64,000 bases of DNA from Heptranchias perlo (Eukaryota), in the NCBI RefSeq assembly GCF_035084215.1, contig NC_090340.1, positions 5,270,001 through 5,334,000 on the forward strand. Direction: 5' to 3'. The translations under genes and the position numbers were made by a program. Below are positions 25,015-37,838 of the stretch, in pieces. The notes under the pieces are model-generated. The model was not told the origin of the DNA, did no database searches, and saw only the letters and a program-made list of their open reading frames with translations. Position 1 is the first letter of the stretch. Each line of letters starts with the position of its first letter.

Positions 25015-27995
25015 AATAGGTAAAGCACAGGAGGAGGCTATCGTGCCTGTGCCGGGTCTTTGAAAGCTATCCAATTCGTCCAATTCCCCTGCTCTTTTCT
25101 CATTGCCCTGTACATGTTGTCCCTTCAAGTATTTATTCAATTCCCTTTTGGAAGTTACTGTTAAATCTGCTTCCACCACCATTTAAGGCACTGCACTCCA
25201 AATCACTACAACTCACTGCATAAAAGCAATGTTTCCTCATGTGGCCTCGGGCTCTTTTTCCAATCACCTTAATACTATGTCCTCTGGTTAGCGACCCTTC
25301 TGCTACTGGAACAGTTTCTCCTTATTTACTCTGTCAAAACCGTTCAAAATTTTGAACAGCTCTATCAAATCTCCCTTTATCGTTCTTTGTTTTAAGACAA
25401 ACAACCCCAGCTTCTCCAGTCTCTCTACAAAACTGAAGTCCCTCATCCCTGGTACCATTCTAGTAAATCGCTTCTCCACTCTCTCTCAGGCCTTGTCATC
25501 CTTCCTAAAGTGTGGTGCCCAGAATTGATCATAATACTCCAAATGAGGCCCAGCCAGTGTTTTATAAAGGTTTAGCAGAACTTCTTTGCACCTGGACTCC
25601 ATGGGGCCTGATTTTAGCAGGCCTGCGGGTTTCCGGCGGGTTGGGTTTCGGGTGCGTGGTCTCCGCGCCCGGTGAAATTAGTGGGTTGCCCGCGCGATCG
25701 TAGCAGGCAATCCACTAATTGGAATCACTTACCTGCTCCTCCGGGGTCCGCGCTGCTGGTCTGCGCGTCGGGCGGGTTGCTCATGCGCAGTACCATCTGT
25801 CAGCTGGAGGCTCTCTAGTTAAAGGGGTAGTCCTCCACTGACAGATGCTGCAACCAATGGAACAAATTACAGCATGGAGCAGCCCAGGGGGAAGGCTGCT
25901 CCCAGTTTAATGATGCCTCACCCCAGGTATCATCAGATGGGGTGAGGAGGAGGGGAGGGACAGAGATCTTCCACCCGGCGGGTGGGAGGAAGCGGCCTGC
26001 CTCTGCCACGGAGAAGGCCTGGCTCGAGGTGGCAGAGAGGGTCACCTGCGCCACCAACATATCGCCCACCTGCATACAGTGCAGGAGGCGCTCCAATGAC
26101 CGCAGTAGGTCAGCCACAGTGAGAACACGTAATCTTTCCCCTACACTCCTCTGCCACAACACTGCCCCCACCCCACATCTCCTTCGGCACCGCCAACACT
26201 ACTCTGTCACATCACCCCTCATACCCACTCAAACCCCATCCTCATCTTACCTGCACCTACTCAGCTCGCCAGTACTCACCCCGCCACTAACACGCAACCC
26301 AATCCTCATACAATCTCATGGCTCTATCCCATACTCACCCTCTCGTGCATCTCCCTCACGGCCAGGCTCACTCAACCTGCCACCACCTGTGCTGCAGCCA
26401 CATGGCATGCATCACGTGCAGTAGGCAGCGTAAGGCAAACGTGACGTGAGCATGAAGGGAATGCACAAGGGTGTCTGAGGGTTTGCCATGGGTGTTACCT
26501 ATATTGAATTTCAGAACAACAAACATCACACATTATATTGGCACCACCACTGCCATGTCTGCGCGAATCCTGTCTATTGTGTCCAATAATGCCCGCTCCT
26601 GGGTATCACTATGAGGACCCACCACTGATGCCACCCATTGTGTTACTGCAGAGTAGATGCAGGTGTATTTGCAGGGCTCTTCCACGCAGACGACTGAGAG
26701 ACATCGGCGGTGTACCCGGCTGCACCCTGGAAGGATGCGGAGGAGAAGTTGTGGAGGGCAGTGATGACTTTGGCAGCGACAGGTAAGCAGATGGTGCTGG
26801 GGCCAGCCAGGAGCAGCTCGGCATGAAAGAGCCTGCAGATCTCCACGACTACATGTCGAGTGAATCTGCGCCTCCATGTGCACTGCTGCTCGGAGAGGTC
26901 CGGGGAGCTGCGCCTCGGTCTGTGGTAGTGCTCTCTGCGACGCGTCTCTCTCTGCTGTCGCCCTCCCTCCTGCTGTACAGGTGGATGTGTCACAGCACTC
27001 TGTTGTGGAGCTCCACGTGTCAGAGGTGGACGGCGTGGATGGCGAGGCTGGTGATGCTGTTCGCCCTCCGAGGGGGTCATGACTGCAGCTACGGCGGCCC
27101 CCACCTGCAATATGTACATCTGAGGGGGTCCGCAAGGTAGGCACATGTCTCCGGACCCCGGGGTGAGTGTGCAGGTTCGTGACTTTGACCGTCCGGAGGG
27201 GGGTGGTGGAGGCCACACTTTGTCCCAAGTGACAGAGCGGCCTCCTGCAATGGGTGAGGGTCTCCCCCCCACCTGTCAAATGGACCTTTGCAGCTGCCAC
27301 AGGCTGACGGCTGCAACACGTCCAGTTCAACTAGGACTGTTTCCCCCAGTGTGTGAAACAGTCCCATGTTTCTCCAAAATCACACACAGTCCCTTAATCA
27401 GGTCAGTTAATGACCTGAACAAGCAAAATAAATAACCTCAAGTGGCATCCCGCTGGCTTTAATTGCCTGCGGGATTCCCACCAGCGGGGGCCACGCACGC
27501 AGCCCCGCAGGTCATCGGGAACCCGGAAGTAGGCGGGATCGTGGCGCGATCCGGTCACGTGCCTGGATATCGGGATTTTCGGGGCCCCCCAGCTGGAAAC
27601 CCACAGGAAACCCGACGGTAAAATCGAGCCCCATATCTCCATTAATAAAGCGCACGATCCCATATGTCTCTTTTAACAACTTTATCAACTTGCCCTGCCA
27701 CTTTGAAAGATGTGTATGTGTGCACCGCCAGGTCTCTCTGTCCCTGCACCCTGTTTAAAATTGTAACAATTAGTTTATAGTGTGTCTCCTCATTCTTCCT
27801 AACAAAATGAATAGCTTCACACTTCTCTGTGTTAAATTTGATCTGCCATGTGTCTGCCCATTTCACCAGCCCGCCTATATCCTCCTGAAATCTGTTACTA
27901 TCTTTCCCATTGTTTACTGCATTTCCGAGGTTCGTGACATCTGCAAATTTTGAAATTATACGCTCTATACTCAAATCCAGATCGCTAATGCACAC
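25015..27995 (-). mobile_element. CR1 LINE 3' part, split by Harbinger copy A (pieces 25015-25602 and 27633-27995)
   Basis: ISKFADVTNLG..WQIKFNTEKCE. The two pieces rejoin colinearly with other CR1 copies, e.g. the reverse complement of 52976-53010. Confidence 0.88.
25603..27632 (+). mobile_element. Non-autonomous PIF/Harbinger DNA transposon, copy A
   Basis: TIRs GGGCCTGATTTTA / TAAAATCGAGCCC. Myb/SANT-like piece on + (KAWLEVAERV..CIQCRRRSND, 25874-26120). Convergent HARBI1-like transposase N-terminus on - (LSEQQC..RFTR..LPVAAKVITALHNFSSASFQ..VSQSS). Confidence 0.88.
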
Positions 27996-28148
27996 ATATT
28001 CTCTGCTGATCCAAGCGATGTGATTGATGGCTCAGAAAACGGTGAACTGGACATAAGTATATCGTCGAGGAAAAAAAAATACTGACCGCTATAGCATTGG
28101 CAAAAAAGGCTATCAGGCATGAAATATGTAGCATCTGTTAAACACTTG

Positions 28149-29448
28149 GGGCTCGATTTTACCGTGCACACGGAGGCACAGATTCACTCGACATGTAGTC
28201 GTGGAGATCTGGAGGCTCTTTCATGCCGAGCTGCTCCTGGCTGGCCCCAGCACCATCTGCTTACCTGTCGCTGCCAAAGTCATCACTGCCCTCCACAACT
28301 TCTCCTCCGCATCCTTCCAGGGTGCAGCCGGGTACACCGCCGATGTCTCTCAGTCGTCTGCGTGGAAGAGCCCTGCAAATACACCTGCACCTACTCTGCA
28401 GTAACACAATGGGTGGCATCAGTGGTGGGTCCTCATAGTTATACCCAGGAGCGGGCATTATAGGACACAATAGACAGGATTCGCGCAGACATGGCAGTGG
28501 TGGTGCCTATATATTGTGTGATGTTTGTTGCTCTGAAATTCAATATAGGTAACACCCATGGCATACCCTCAGACACCCTTGTGCATTCCCTTCATGCTCA
28601 CGACACGTTTGTCTTACGCTGCCTACTGCACATATGTAATGCATGCCCTGTGGCTGCAGCACAGGTGGTGGCAGGTTGAGTGAGCCTGGCCGTGAGGGAG
28701 ATGCACGAGAGGGTGAGTATGGGATAGAGCCATGAGATTGTATGAGGATTGGGTTGCGTGTTAGTGGCGGGGTGAGTACTGGCGAGCTGAGTAGGTGCAG
28801 GTAAGATGAGGATGGGGTTTGAGTGGGTATGAGGGGTGATGTGACAGAGTAGTGTTGGCGGTGCCGAAGGAGATGTGTGGTGGGGGCAGTGTTGTGGCAG
28901 AGGAGTGTAGGGGAAAGATTACGTGTTCTCACTGTGGCTGACCTACTGCGGTCATTGGAGCGCCTCCTGCACTGTATGCAGGTGGGCGATATGTTGGTGG
29001 CGCAGGTGACCCTCTCTGCCACCTCGAGCCAGGCCTTCTCCGTGGCAGAGGCAGGCAGCTTCCTCCCACCCGCCGGGTGGAAGATCTCTGTCCCCCCCCC
29101 TCCTCCTCACCCCATCTGATGATACCTGGGGTGAGGCATCATTAAACTGGGAGCAGCCTTCCCCCTGGGCTGCTCCATGCTGTAATTTGTTCCATTGGTT
29201 GCAGCATCTGTCAGTGGAGGACTGCCCCTTTAACTCGAGAGCCTCCAGCTGACAGATGGTACTGCGCATGAGCAGCCCGCCCGACGCGCAGACCAGCAGC
29301 GCGGACCTCGGAGGAGCAGGTAAGTGATTCCAATTAGTGGATTGCCTGCTACGATCGCGCGGGCAACCCACTAATTTCACCGGGCGCGGAGACCACGCAC
29401 CCGAAACCCAACCCGCCGGAAACCCGCAGGCCTGCTAAAATCAGGCCT
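28149..29448 (-). mobile_element. Harbinger copy B, inverted, internally deleted
   Basis: Near-identical reverse complement of 25603-26884 fused to ~17 bp of the other terminus. TTG flanks both ends. Confidence 0.9.
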
Positions 29449-31042
29449 TTGAAGACTGACGTTTCAGTCTATTATGGAGGCCAAGCAAATAAACTAGGTT
29501 AATATTGAGTTACAGCGGATATCTGATGGACTTTTAGCAGAAAATCTGCTAAAATGCAACAAGGACTCAATTGAGCCTCATAAGATGATTAGTCAGCCGC
29601 CTTTAAGTTATTCTTATTTTCTTACGTCGGTTCATTTTGTTAACGATAATCGTAAGTTTTAGTTAAAAGCTGATATTATGACCTGTTAGAAAAAAAAGCC
29701 CATCAGTTAATTCAGCTCAAGGTAAGAAAGCACGTGACACGCGGCCCTCTAGCATTCCTTGCTGGAATCTTTGTCCTGTGTTGTTCATAGGAACTATTCC
29801 CATTTTAGTTATAGGATCACTGGAGGTCAAATTCCTCTTGGGCGGTAGCGCAAAGCGGGCGATAACGCACCCTGAACGCAATGGGGTAATTTTAACTTTG
29901 GGCGATGGTGTAAAATTGGAGATTCCAATGTTAGCCAGCGGTACTTGGAACTGCTATTTAAGTCGTTGTAATCATTTTTCACCTTTACTATGATCACTGG
30001 GGTTTAATGCTGTCTTGGGCGCGGGACAGCACCTTTCGCTGGTCTTTTTAATTCAAGTCAACGGAAAGGAAAATCGAATGGAGTTCAACACAGGTTGATG
30101 ATTAGTTATCATCCATTCTGCCCTATTATCCTTAAATTCTACCGCCAGTTAGTTGGGTAATGAATTGCGGAAATCACTTATTCATTAAGAACTAATTCAT
30201 CAAGTCCTTATAACTCATTAAGTTCACTCGATGGTTCTTTCTATGCTTCATGGCAGATAAACATTTACTATTCCTGTCCTTCAGGGCTCAACTAAATATC
30301 ATGTTCCCTTCAGGTCCAAAGCATGTTCATAGGTGGTTGAAGAGCACCAGAAAAGTTACTTATTGTTCCTAGTCCAGATAACTCTTTTTTATCAGCGTGA
30401 CTTAATACAGACTTTCACCAATTCAAATGAGGATTTGGTGCTATTTTTGTGTTATTTACTTATTGGCCCCTTTTAGATGAACGCAGTCTATTGACCCTGT
30501 TTCATCTTCCCAAAAACCCTGAAAATCCTATAATATGCTACATCACAATCTATCTTTACACCAGTTCTTGATTGATTTGAAGAGGCGTTAGGTTCTGCTT
30601 TCAAAGGCCCCATGCCTTCAATGTGCAGTTATGTTATGGATAGATAAGCAACTTTTTAATGATTTCCGTTGCAAAGTGAGTGTAACGGTTGCCCAGATCA
30701 TCGGTAATCCTATTCAGTTCATCACAAACCACAACAATCAGATTCCAGAGTCCATGCAATATTCCACTTGTAATTAGGTGCCTTGCCCAATTGCTCACAG
30801 TGCAAAGATCAACAATCAGGCCAAGAAAATTGAAACCTGCTCTCTTTGTGAAGAACTTAAGCAATTGGTGGTTGAAATTTCCCCAAAAATAACAATGGAA
30901 TTGGAAAGCGAAAAGCCAACCCTCGTATTCCCAACCACAGAATCAATTGCTATGTTCGCCTCAAACTGACACCAGTACCATGTAATTGATCATCCCATGA
31001 AGGAATTAAAACACACCACTCAGAGTTAATTTTTTGCTACAT

Positions 31043-31490
31043 AGAATCATGCAGTTGACAAGCAGGCCATTCGGCCCATCATGCCTGTGGCGGCTCTTCG
31101 AAAGACAGGTCCAGTTAGTCCTATTCCCTTGCTCTTTCCACATTGCCCTGCATTTTGTTTCCTTTTAAAATATATATTCAGTTCCCTTTTGAAAGTTACC
31201 ATTGAATCTATTTCCACCACACTTTCAGGCAGTTTAGACCAGAACAACTCACTCTGCAAAAAAAAATCTCCTAATCTGCACCCTGGTTACCGACTCTCCT
31301 CCAAGTGGAAACAATTTCTCCTTATTTATTTTATCAAAGCCCTTCATGGTTGTGAACACTTCTATTAAATCACTCCTTAACCTTTTCAACTCTAAGGAGA
31401 ACAATCCTAGCTTCTCTTGACTGTCCAGATAAATGAAGTCCCTCATCCTTCTGTATCATTCTAGTAAATCTCCTCTGCACCCTCTCCACC
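31043..31490 (-). mobile_element. CR1 3' tail fragment
   Basis: EKLGLFSLELKRLRSDLIEVF motif and tail ...GGCCGAATGGCC...ATGATTCTATG. Confidence 0.85.
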
Positions 31491-31776
31491 GTTGGTACGC
31501 CAAGCTGATATGTCCAAATCATCTATGAGGAGCAGTGGTGAATGACGATTTTGTTTCACCACATCATCCAGAAATGCATCAGGGTCTGCCATCATTCAGT
31601 AAATTTCAATTACTGAGAAGTTTATACAAGCGTAGACGCCTTTAGCGAATGCTTTTATCCAAAAAGGATTAGCAAAGCACAACACAACTGCCACAGCAAG
31701 CAAGTTCCATTCAACTGTTGGAATTGCGACGCTGGCGCAATTTGCATATAGACACATAACCATTTCAAATATTTAA

Positions 31777-31852
31777 TAAAAGCAAAATACTGCTGATGCT
31801 GGAACTCTGAAATAAAAACAGAAAATGCTGGAAACACTCAGCAGGTCAGGCA
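31777..31852 (-). repeat. Short terminal fragment of a Penelope-like repeat
   Basis: Reverse complement TGCCTGACCTGCTGAGTGTTTCCAGCATTTTCTG...; similar to the decayed 20250-20300. Confidence 0.5.
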
Positions 31853-32364
31853 AGACCATTCCACAGTTTTTGTAAAATAAATTCTCGTGTTCACAATAAG
31901 GTTTTGCGTCGTGCAATGAGGCGCTACCGCTACGTTAATTGGGACATACTAAGATCAGATGAAGCGACCCAAAACGCACATCCATCAGGCACTGTATACC
32001 CGAATCAGATGCAAAATTGTACACCACCACAATCTATATCAAAATGGCCCAACGCATCCTCATTCCTCCTTTAGCTCGAGACAGGAGACCATTGGTGATT
32101 CAATTGTGAGTGTAGTAGAGAGTTCCAGGACCGACGCCAGTCTTACCTTCGAGTAATAAGCCAACGTAGTAAAGCTACAGTAGAGGGCCATCCTCAAGCT
32201 CAACACCAAAGGATGTAGGTTATTGACAGAGCGACGCAGTCGTACTAACAACCTCCAGAGAAAAACTCTCTAGCTTTAGAGCATTCATTTTGCAATGATG
32301 TTTTTCAATCAGGCAACCAGCGACTATGCACTTCCCCATCATCATCTATGGTGGCAGGGCCTGT

Positions 32365-33790
32365 GTGTCATGTTCAGCCAAAAGTGCGAAGTGGACAATT
32401 CAACACAGTCTCCCTCTGACGTCTCTACCGTCCATGCAATTAGGTTAAATCGAAGTGACAATAAGAAGCAATGGAGTGCATTGGATACCGGGAACTCGAA
32501 GGCAGGATCATTGCTCTCGTGCTGAAGACCGGCACTCCAAAATTAGCCACCTGTTTCCCTAGGTAAGCTGCTATAGTACAACTATGACACTGGCATCTAT
32601 CCAAAATTGTGGAACATTGTCCATTGTACTATCCAAAAGATAAACCCGAGCAAAAATCTAATCCAGACAATTACAAGTCCATCAGCCTCCTTCCAATAAT
32701 CAACAGTGATGGAACAAGTCATGAATTGTGACATCATGTTACTTGTACACACGAATACCCTGCGCACTATGCCTCCATTAGGGCCGCCAGAATCACTGGG
32801 CTCTAGACCTCGTGTTAGCCTTATTCCGGGCATACGGGAGCTGAACGGCTTCAGGGAAGTGAAAGCAGCTGCCCTGAACAGCAAAGCACCATTCCAATGC
32901 GCATGGCTTCAAGAAGTGATAGCAAACTAATGGCTAGTCGAGTCAAGGCAACACGCTTTAGTAGTTGGGCATTAAAGAAGAGGATCCCAGTTGTTGTAGA
33001 TCAATCATCACAGCCCCAAAACATCCTTACAGAAGCATCCTCAGCGTAACAATCTTTAGCTGCTCCACCATCAGATCACGAGTGCGGCTGAATATTATAC
33101 AGTGTTCAGCTCAAATGACAACACCTTAGTTAATGATTCACCCCATAGCAGCAAAGCTTTCAAAAGAGAATTGGATATATATTTGAAAAGGATAGAAATT
33201 GCACGGCTATGGGAAAAGAACAGGCGAGTGACACTAAATGGATAGCTCTCCCGAAGAGCCGACATAAGCACAGTGAGCAGAATGACCTAATACTGTGCTG
33301 TATGACTCTATCATGATTCTCTGATACAATCCATTAAAGGACAACATTCATTCTGAGGTAACATTCTTGCCAAAGAAATGTCAAGCAATGACCAGCTCAA
33401 TGTCTAAGGAAAAGCAGATCCACTTCCCCTGAGCTTGAACCTCACCCTCTACATTCTAGGCTTTAACTGGGCTAGAAACGTAACTGAACCTGCCATATGA
33501 ACAACTGTGGCTACTAAAGCAGGGCAGAAGCTGGGAGCTTTGCAACGATTGGCTCACCTATCTAACTGTGAGCCGCTTTCTGCCATCCACAAGGCTCAAG
33601 TTTGGAATTAGAAATCATAGACACTATTCAACAGATGGGTACTTTTGAAGATGCAAGGATCTCCGCACTACCAAGAGCACTGAAGTCTGCTTGATCCCTG
33701 CCTTTGCCACATGAATTAAATAAAAACCTCCTCTCCGCCACTGGAGCACCATGGGTTCAGTAAGTACTATTTACATGATGCACTGTAATA
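32365..33790 (+). mobile_element. Old degenerate LINE-B-like copy with a CR1 tail nested at ~33155-33320
   Basis: TTCAGCCAAAAGTGC, YSYDTGIYP-like and NYKSISLL-like stretches colinear with 5776-7100. Confidence 0.65.
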
Positions 33791-34119
33791 ATTAATTAAT
33801 CTACAACAGACTCAGAAATGTCACGGGGAAAAACCTACTGATGGGTAGTGTAGGTCCAAAGTCACCTTGTTCCTCCCAAGCATGCTACACTTACCAGATG
33901 TCATGTCTCAAATTACTCATATGCTGACGTTCTTCGATTAATCGAATTTATACTAAATGGAGTTGATGTAATTTAGTGATAACTGTTATATAGGCAACAG
34001 ATCACCTTGTCTTATCTTTTTCGTGTCTTACCAGTATTGCCTGACTAATACGACGTGGCTTTTATAGGAAAGAACCCAGTACACAATAGTGTTGCTATCA
34101 GAAAGGGTTGAACTGAATT

Positions 34120-35327
34120 ATTTAGCTAAAAATTTTAAACGATTTATTAATGTCTGTTTTAATATAAGTGGCAAAGGAATTTCATACATCAGGAAAGGAT
34201 TTGAAGGCAGAAACAAATTGGCCTCTGCTGTTCCTCTTTGTGTTTCCATTGGAAACTGCGCATAGACTGAACGATTTGCCTTTCGTTTAGGCTTTTCTGT
34301 TTTCTTGGATTCAGCCCAATTCCAGCGCAGCGTATGTCAGATTGTTCTCTGCGTCCCTTGCTTTGTCTGTAAAACGATCCTTAGGGAATACCATTAGTAC
34401 ATGGCCAATGTCAGTTTGTTCATGAGTCAAAGTAAAAATCACAAGTTAGAAAGCCAACACGTAATGCGATTTAAATATACCCGATTAGCAATATAGTGAC
34501 TCCGCTACCAGGGTGACTCGTTTTTTATATTGCCTACCTGGGGATACACAGTCCTCTCCTCTTGATACTTCCTCTTGCAGTTTTCATTGACCTGGTCCAA
34601 TTTAATACAGTGTAAGGCGCTGTCTCATTCGCTGATCCCTGCATAGATCGCAAAGTAATGCATATTATATAGTTTATTCATTACATTTGTGACATTGTAG
34701 CTTATTGATTACACATTGAACCCAACGGTCAGTAGTACTAAATCCGGAGATGGAAAGTGAAACATTAAAGTAAGTTTTTACTCTTTCAATCATAAAATAG
34801 GATATAATTAAGGCACTATATATTATATTTTACTCTCTCGATATGGACTATGGTCATGTTATAACTAAAGTTGTTACACAAGTTACAATTTAGTTATTGC
34901 TCCGTGTGATCGCACATAGGCCTAATGAAACCTAAATAATTTGAGGCGCATGTACCCGCGAGTTTATAGTTTACTTGTATGTTGTTGCTAATAACTACAT
35001 CAGCATTATAGTATGTACATCATGTCTTTCGGAAACGATTTCAAAATATAGCAAACTAGATCTAATACCTGTAAGAGATAAATTGAATTTAGACTTTTAT
35101 CGCTGAAATATGAAATAAATATTTATTCTATATTTTATATGGTCTAATGTTTTCTATTCAGTCGCGAAGTAACGAATTTCAGCCCAGCGGATTAATCGTA
35201 CGAAGAAAGTATTTCATGCTTAACCTCACTACCCATTTTCACTTTACACGTCAAACGTGGTAGAATGAATGATAAGAACCTACCGGAACTCGGGGGTGCT
35301 GTGGTCGCTCCATGACATCCCTTGTTC
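34120..35327 (-). pseudogene. Cytoplasmic exons with tyrosine motifs (paralogue 2)
   Basis: GTRDVMERPQHPRVP (35284-35327); VNENCKRKYQEERTVYPQ (34538-34591); terminal exon with LTYAAL (34323-34340) and SVYAQF (~34253-34270). Confidence 0.75.
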
Positions 35328-35877
35328 CTGGTAATGAATCGCATTGGAGATTTCCTAATCAATTATTTGCTTATATCATTCTCCATGATTCCAAATCCAT
35401 TTCAGGCAGGCTTAATGGGCAGTCCAACTTTATGCTCAGTAACACAACCTAAAACTTCCTCAATACCTGAATCTGTTCAATGTTTACTCTCAAATACTCA
35501 TTCCCCGATTTCGTGAAATTACTGGGTCTTATTCGAGTCAGATCCCACGGGGTCTAGAGCCTTCATATTTTGACGCGTAATAAACTTAATGTTTGAGCCT
35601 AGAGGATGAGTCTTATCAGTTTACTTGACGGGAAAACGCACCACATCAGGTCCAGCCGTCCACTCACTTCCACACAGGTAATATACCTGCAGAAATAGGT
35701 CACAGCACTTTTATCCGAAACAATACCCATTGTCCTATCCTCTGTTAAGACGTAAAAGTCGATTCGACCGACTCATCGCTGTGGGACAGATTATTAAATT
35801 CAGCGCATATTATCCCTTGACCCATCTCCCTGGCTTCTATCATCAGGAGCGCACCACGCCATCCAGTTACACTGGAG

Positions 35878-36313
35878 AAGAAAGAACTCATATTTAAACA
35901 GCACCCTCCACTGCGCAAACACGTCCCAAACAGATTCACAGCCAATGAAGTGCTTTTGAAGTGTAGTCACTGTTGTAATGCAGGAAACGCGAGAGATGAT
36001 TAGGTACAGCAAGTTTCCACACACAGCAATGTGATCAATAGGGAATTAAACTGTTTTACCGATGTAGATTGGGGGGTAAATGTTTGGCAGGATACCGAGG
36101 GACCTTTCTTGTTCTTTCGTAAATAGTGTCATGAGATTTTTTACATCAAACTCATAGAGCAAACGGAGCCTCGGGTTAACGTCTCATCAGAAAGCAGTCC
36201 GTCAGTGTTGCACTGGGGAGTGGGCCTCGTTAATGTGTTCATGTCTCTGAAGAGGAACTTGAACCCACGGCCTCAGACTATGAGATGAGAGTGCTACCAC
36301 TGAGCCAAGGCTG
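35878..36313 (-). mobile_element. tRNA-headed Deu-domain SINE (SacSINE1/AmnSINE-like)
   Basis: A/B-box head TGGCTCAGTGG...GGTTCAAGT; Deu-like core CACATTGCTGTGTGTGGAAACTTGCTG...ACAGTGACTACACTTCAAAAG; L2-like tail. Confidence 0.8.
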
Positions 36314-36409
36314 AAAGCAATTTATTTCATCGCCTCCCGAGGCAACTTCACTTGATCAAGAAAATACTGAAGGACACGTGGAACTGATGTTAACTGGATA
36401 CTTTCATAC

Positions 36410-36523
36410 CTTTGCGCTTGATCAATGGACATTACTTCCCAATGATTATCACGAGAATTACAACTAAGATGCCAACTCCTGCGGATCCATAGACTTGTCT
36501 GTACCATAGTACATTGTCACCTC
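36410..36523 (-). pseudogene. Transmembrane exon (paralogue 2) with in-frame stop
   Basis: GGDNVLWYRQVYGSAGVGILVVILVIIIGK*CPLIKRK. 114 nt, AG acceptor, GTATGA donor, no charged residue in the hydrophobic core. Confidence 0.82.
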
Positions 36524-37129
36524 CTTCAAAATGAATGTCAACTATAACATTTCAAGTTGTACATTGTGACAAAGTGTTCTGCAGTCCCACAGATCAATAT
36601 CTCTTACCAACCCTTTGAACAGCTATTTCATTTATTTGGTGTCCCACAGCATGAAGAGACAATTAAAGCATTTAATGAGTCATTTTCTCCGTTCTTTAAA
36701 GGGTAATTTTATTAAAAAGTCAGAGAATTTAGTTACCTTCATTCGGTCTCTGTGCATTGCGGAATACGCTGTGTTTACAATGACACGGATAACAATTGGC
36801 AATTCTAATTTTGTTTGGACGAAGCGACAGTTTATTTTAGGCATGTGTATGCAGTCATATTACCCTTCTTATATTTCCTTTTCCATTTTCAGTCATTACC
36901 TTTACTTAAAGTATTTAAGCGAACCTTTCTATTGCGTGAAGCGTAACAGTTTACCACCCCGCCACCACCCCGCCACCACCCCCCCCCCCCACCCCGCCCC
37001 CGCCGCACCCACCTACCAAACATTATTCAAGACGATTATTACTGGATTAAAATACTTATATCACTTGTTACATTATCCCAGCGAAATAGGAGTTAGATAT
37101 GGAGGGTGATTCAAGCTCGGTCGCCAATT

Positions 37130-37312
37130 GTTAGTGAACCAGTTGGGCTGATGAGAAAATCGGCCAGCTTCATGGTCACTTTTACTGAAAGCAGCATTTT
37201 ATTTCCAGATTTTTCTTTCAACTGCCGTCCAATTCTCAAACTACCATGCCGAGATCATTAGTCCATGCATCTGGATTTCTGTTCCAGTAACATAACAATT
37301 ATACTACAGTAC
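37130..37312 (-). mobile_element. 5' fragment of a second tRNA-like-headed repeat
   Basis: Head GTTATGTTACTGGA..AATCCAGA also at 48415-48466; body GTGACCATGAAGCT also at 5012-5070. Confidence 0.6.
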
Positions 37313-37485
37313 CTCTGCTCTCCATTGAATAAAGTACAGTACAAGACCCATTCGCCAACAGGCCTGGAACTGTCCCATTCATCCATGTCCTTGTTCCTCT
37401 GAAGAGTTCTAACCCATCAATGCACGTTTAACGGACTGTGGACAGAATTGCGCAAATGCCAAATACGGTCCATGACTTGAACTAT

Positions 37486-37776
37486 CAGTCTTGGTTCAGT
37501 GGCAGCACTCTCGCCTCTGAGTCGGAAAGTCGTGAGTTGAAGTCCTGCTCCAGAGCCGTCTGCACATCATGGGACCTATATCGTCGTTCTTTCATCGTCG
37601 CTGGGTCATAATGCTCGAAACTCTACCTTACAGCATTGTGGAAGCAGCTTCACCACATGGACTGCAGCGGTTCAAGAAGAAGGCCCACCCCACATTCTCA
37701 ACGGTAACTAGGGATTGGCGATAAATCAAGGCCTTGCCTGAGTCGCCAATATCCCGAGAATGAATTGAAAAAAAAT
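37486..37776 (+). mobile_element. SINE with tRNA-derived head and LINE-B 3' tail
   Basis: Head matches the DeuSINE head (36245-36313, reverse complement); 37570-37776 matches 7243-7450; ends in an A-run. Confidence 0.82.
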
Positions 37777-37838
37777 CTAATCTGGAACTTCCGTTTATTT
37801 AGAAGATGTTGTTTGCATTTGTGAGAATTGGTTCTTAC

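Noticed and set aside
26533-27330. 265-aa ORF and other long GC-rich ORFs as host genes
   Set aside because: They lie inside the Harbinger element and are alternative frames of decayed transposase/Myb sequence, duplicated in copy B.
36245-36313. tRNA gene
   Set aside because: A/B boxes are present but it is the head of a SINE, and no full cloverleaf is evident.
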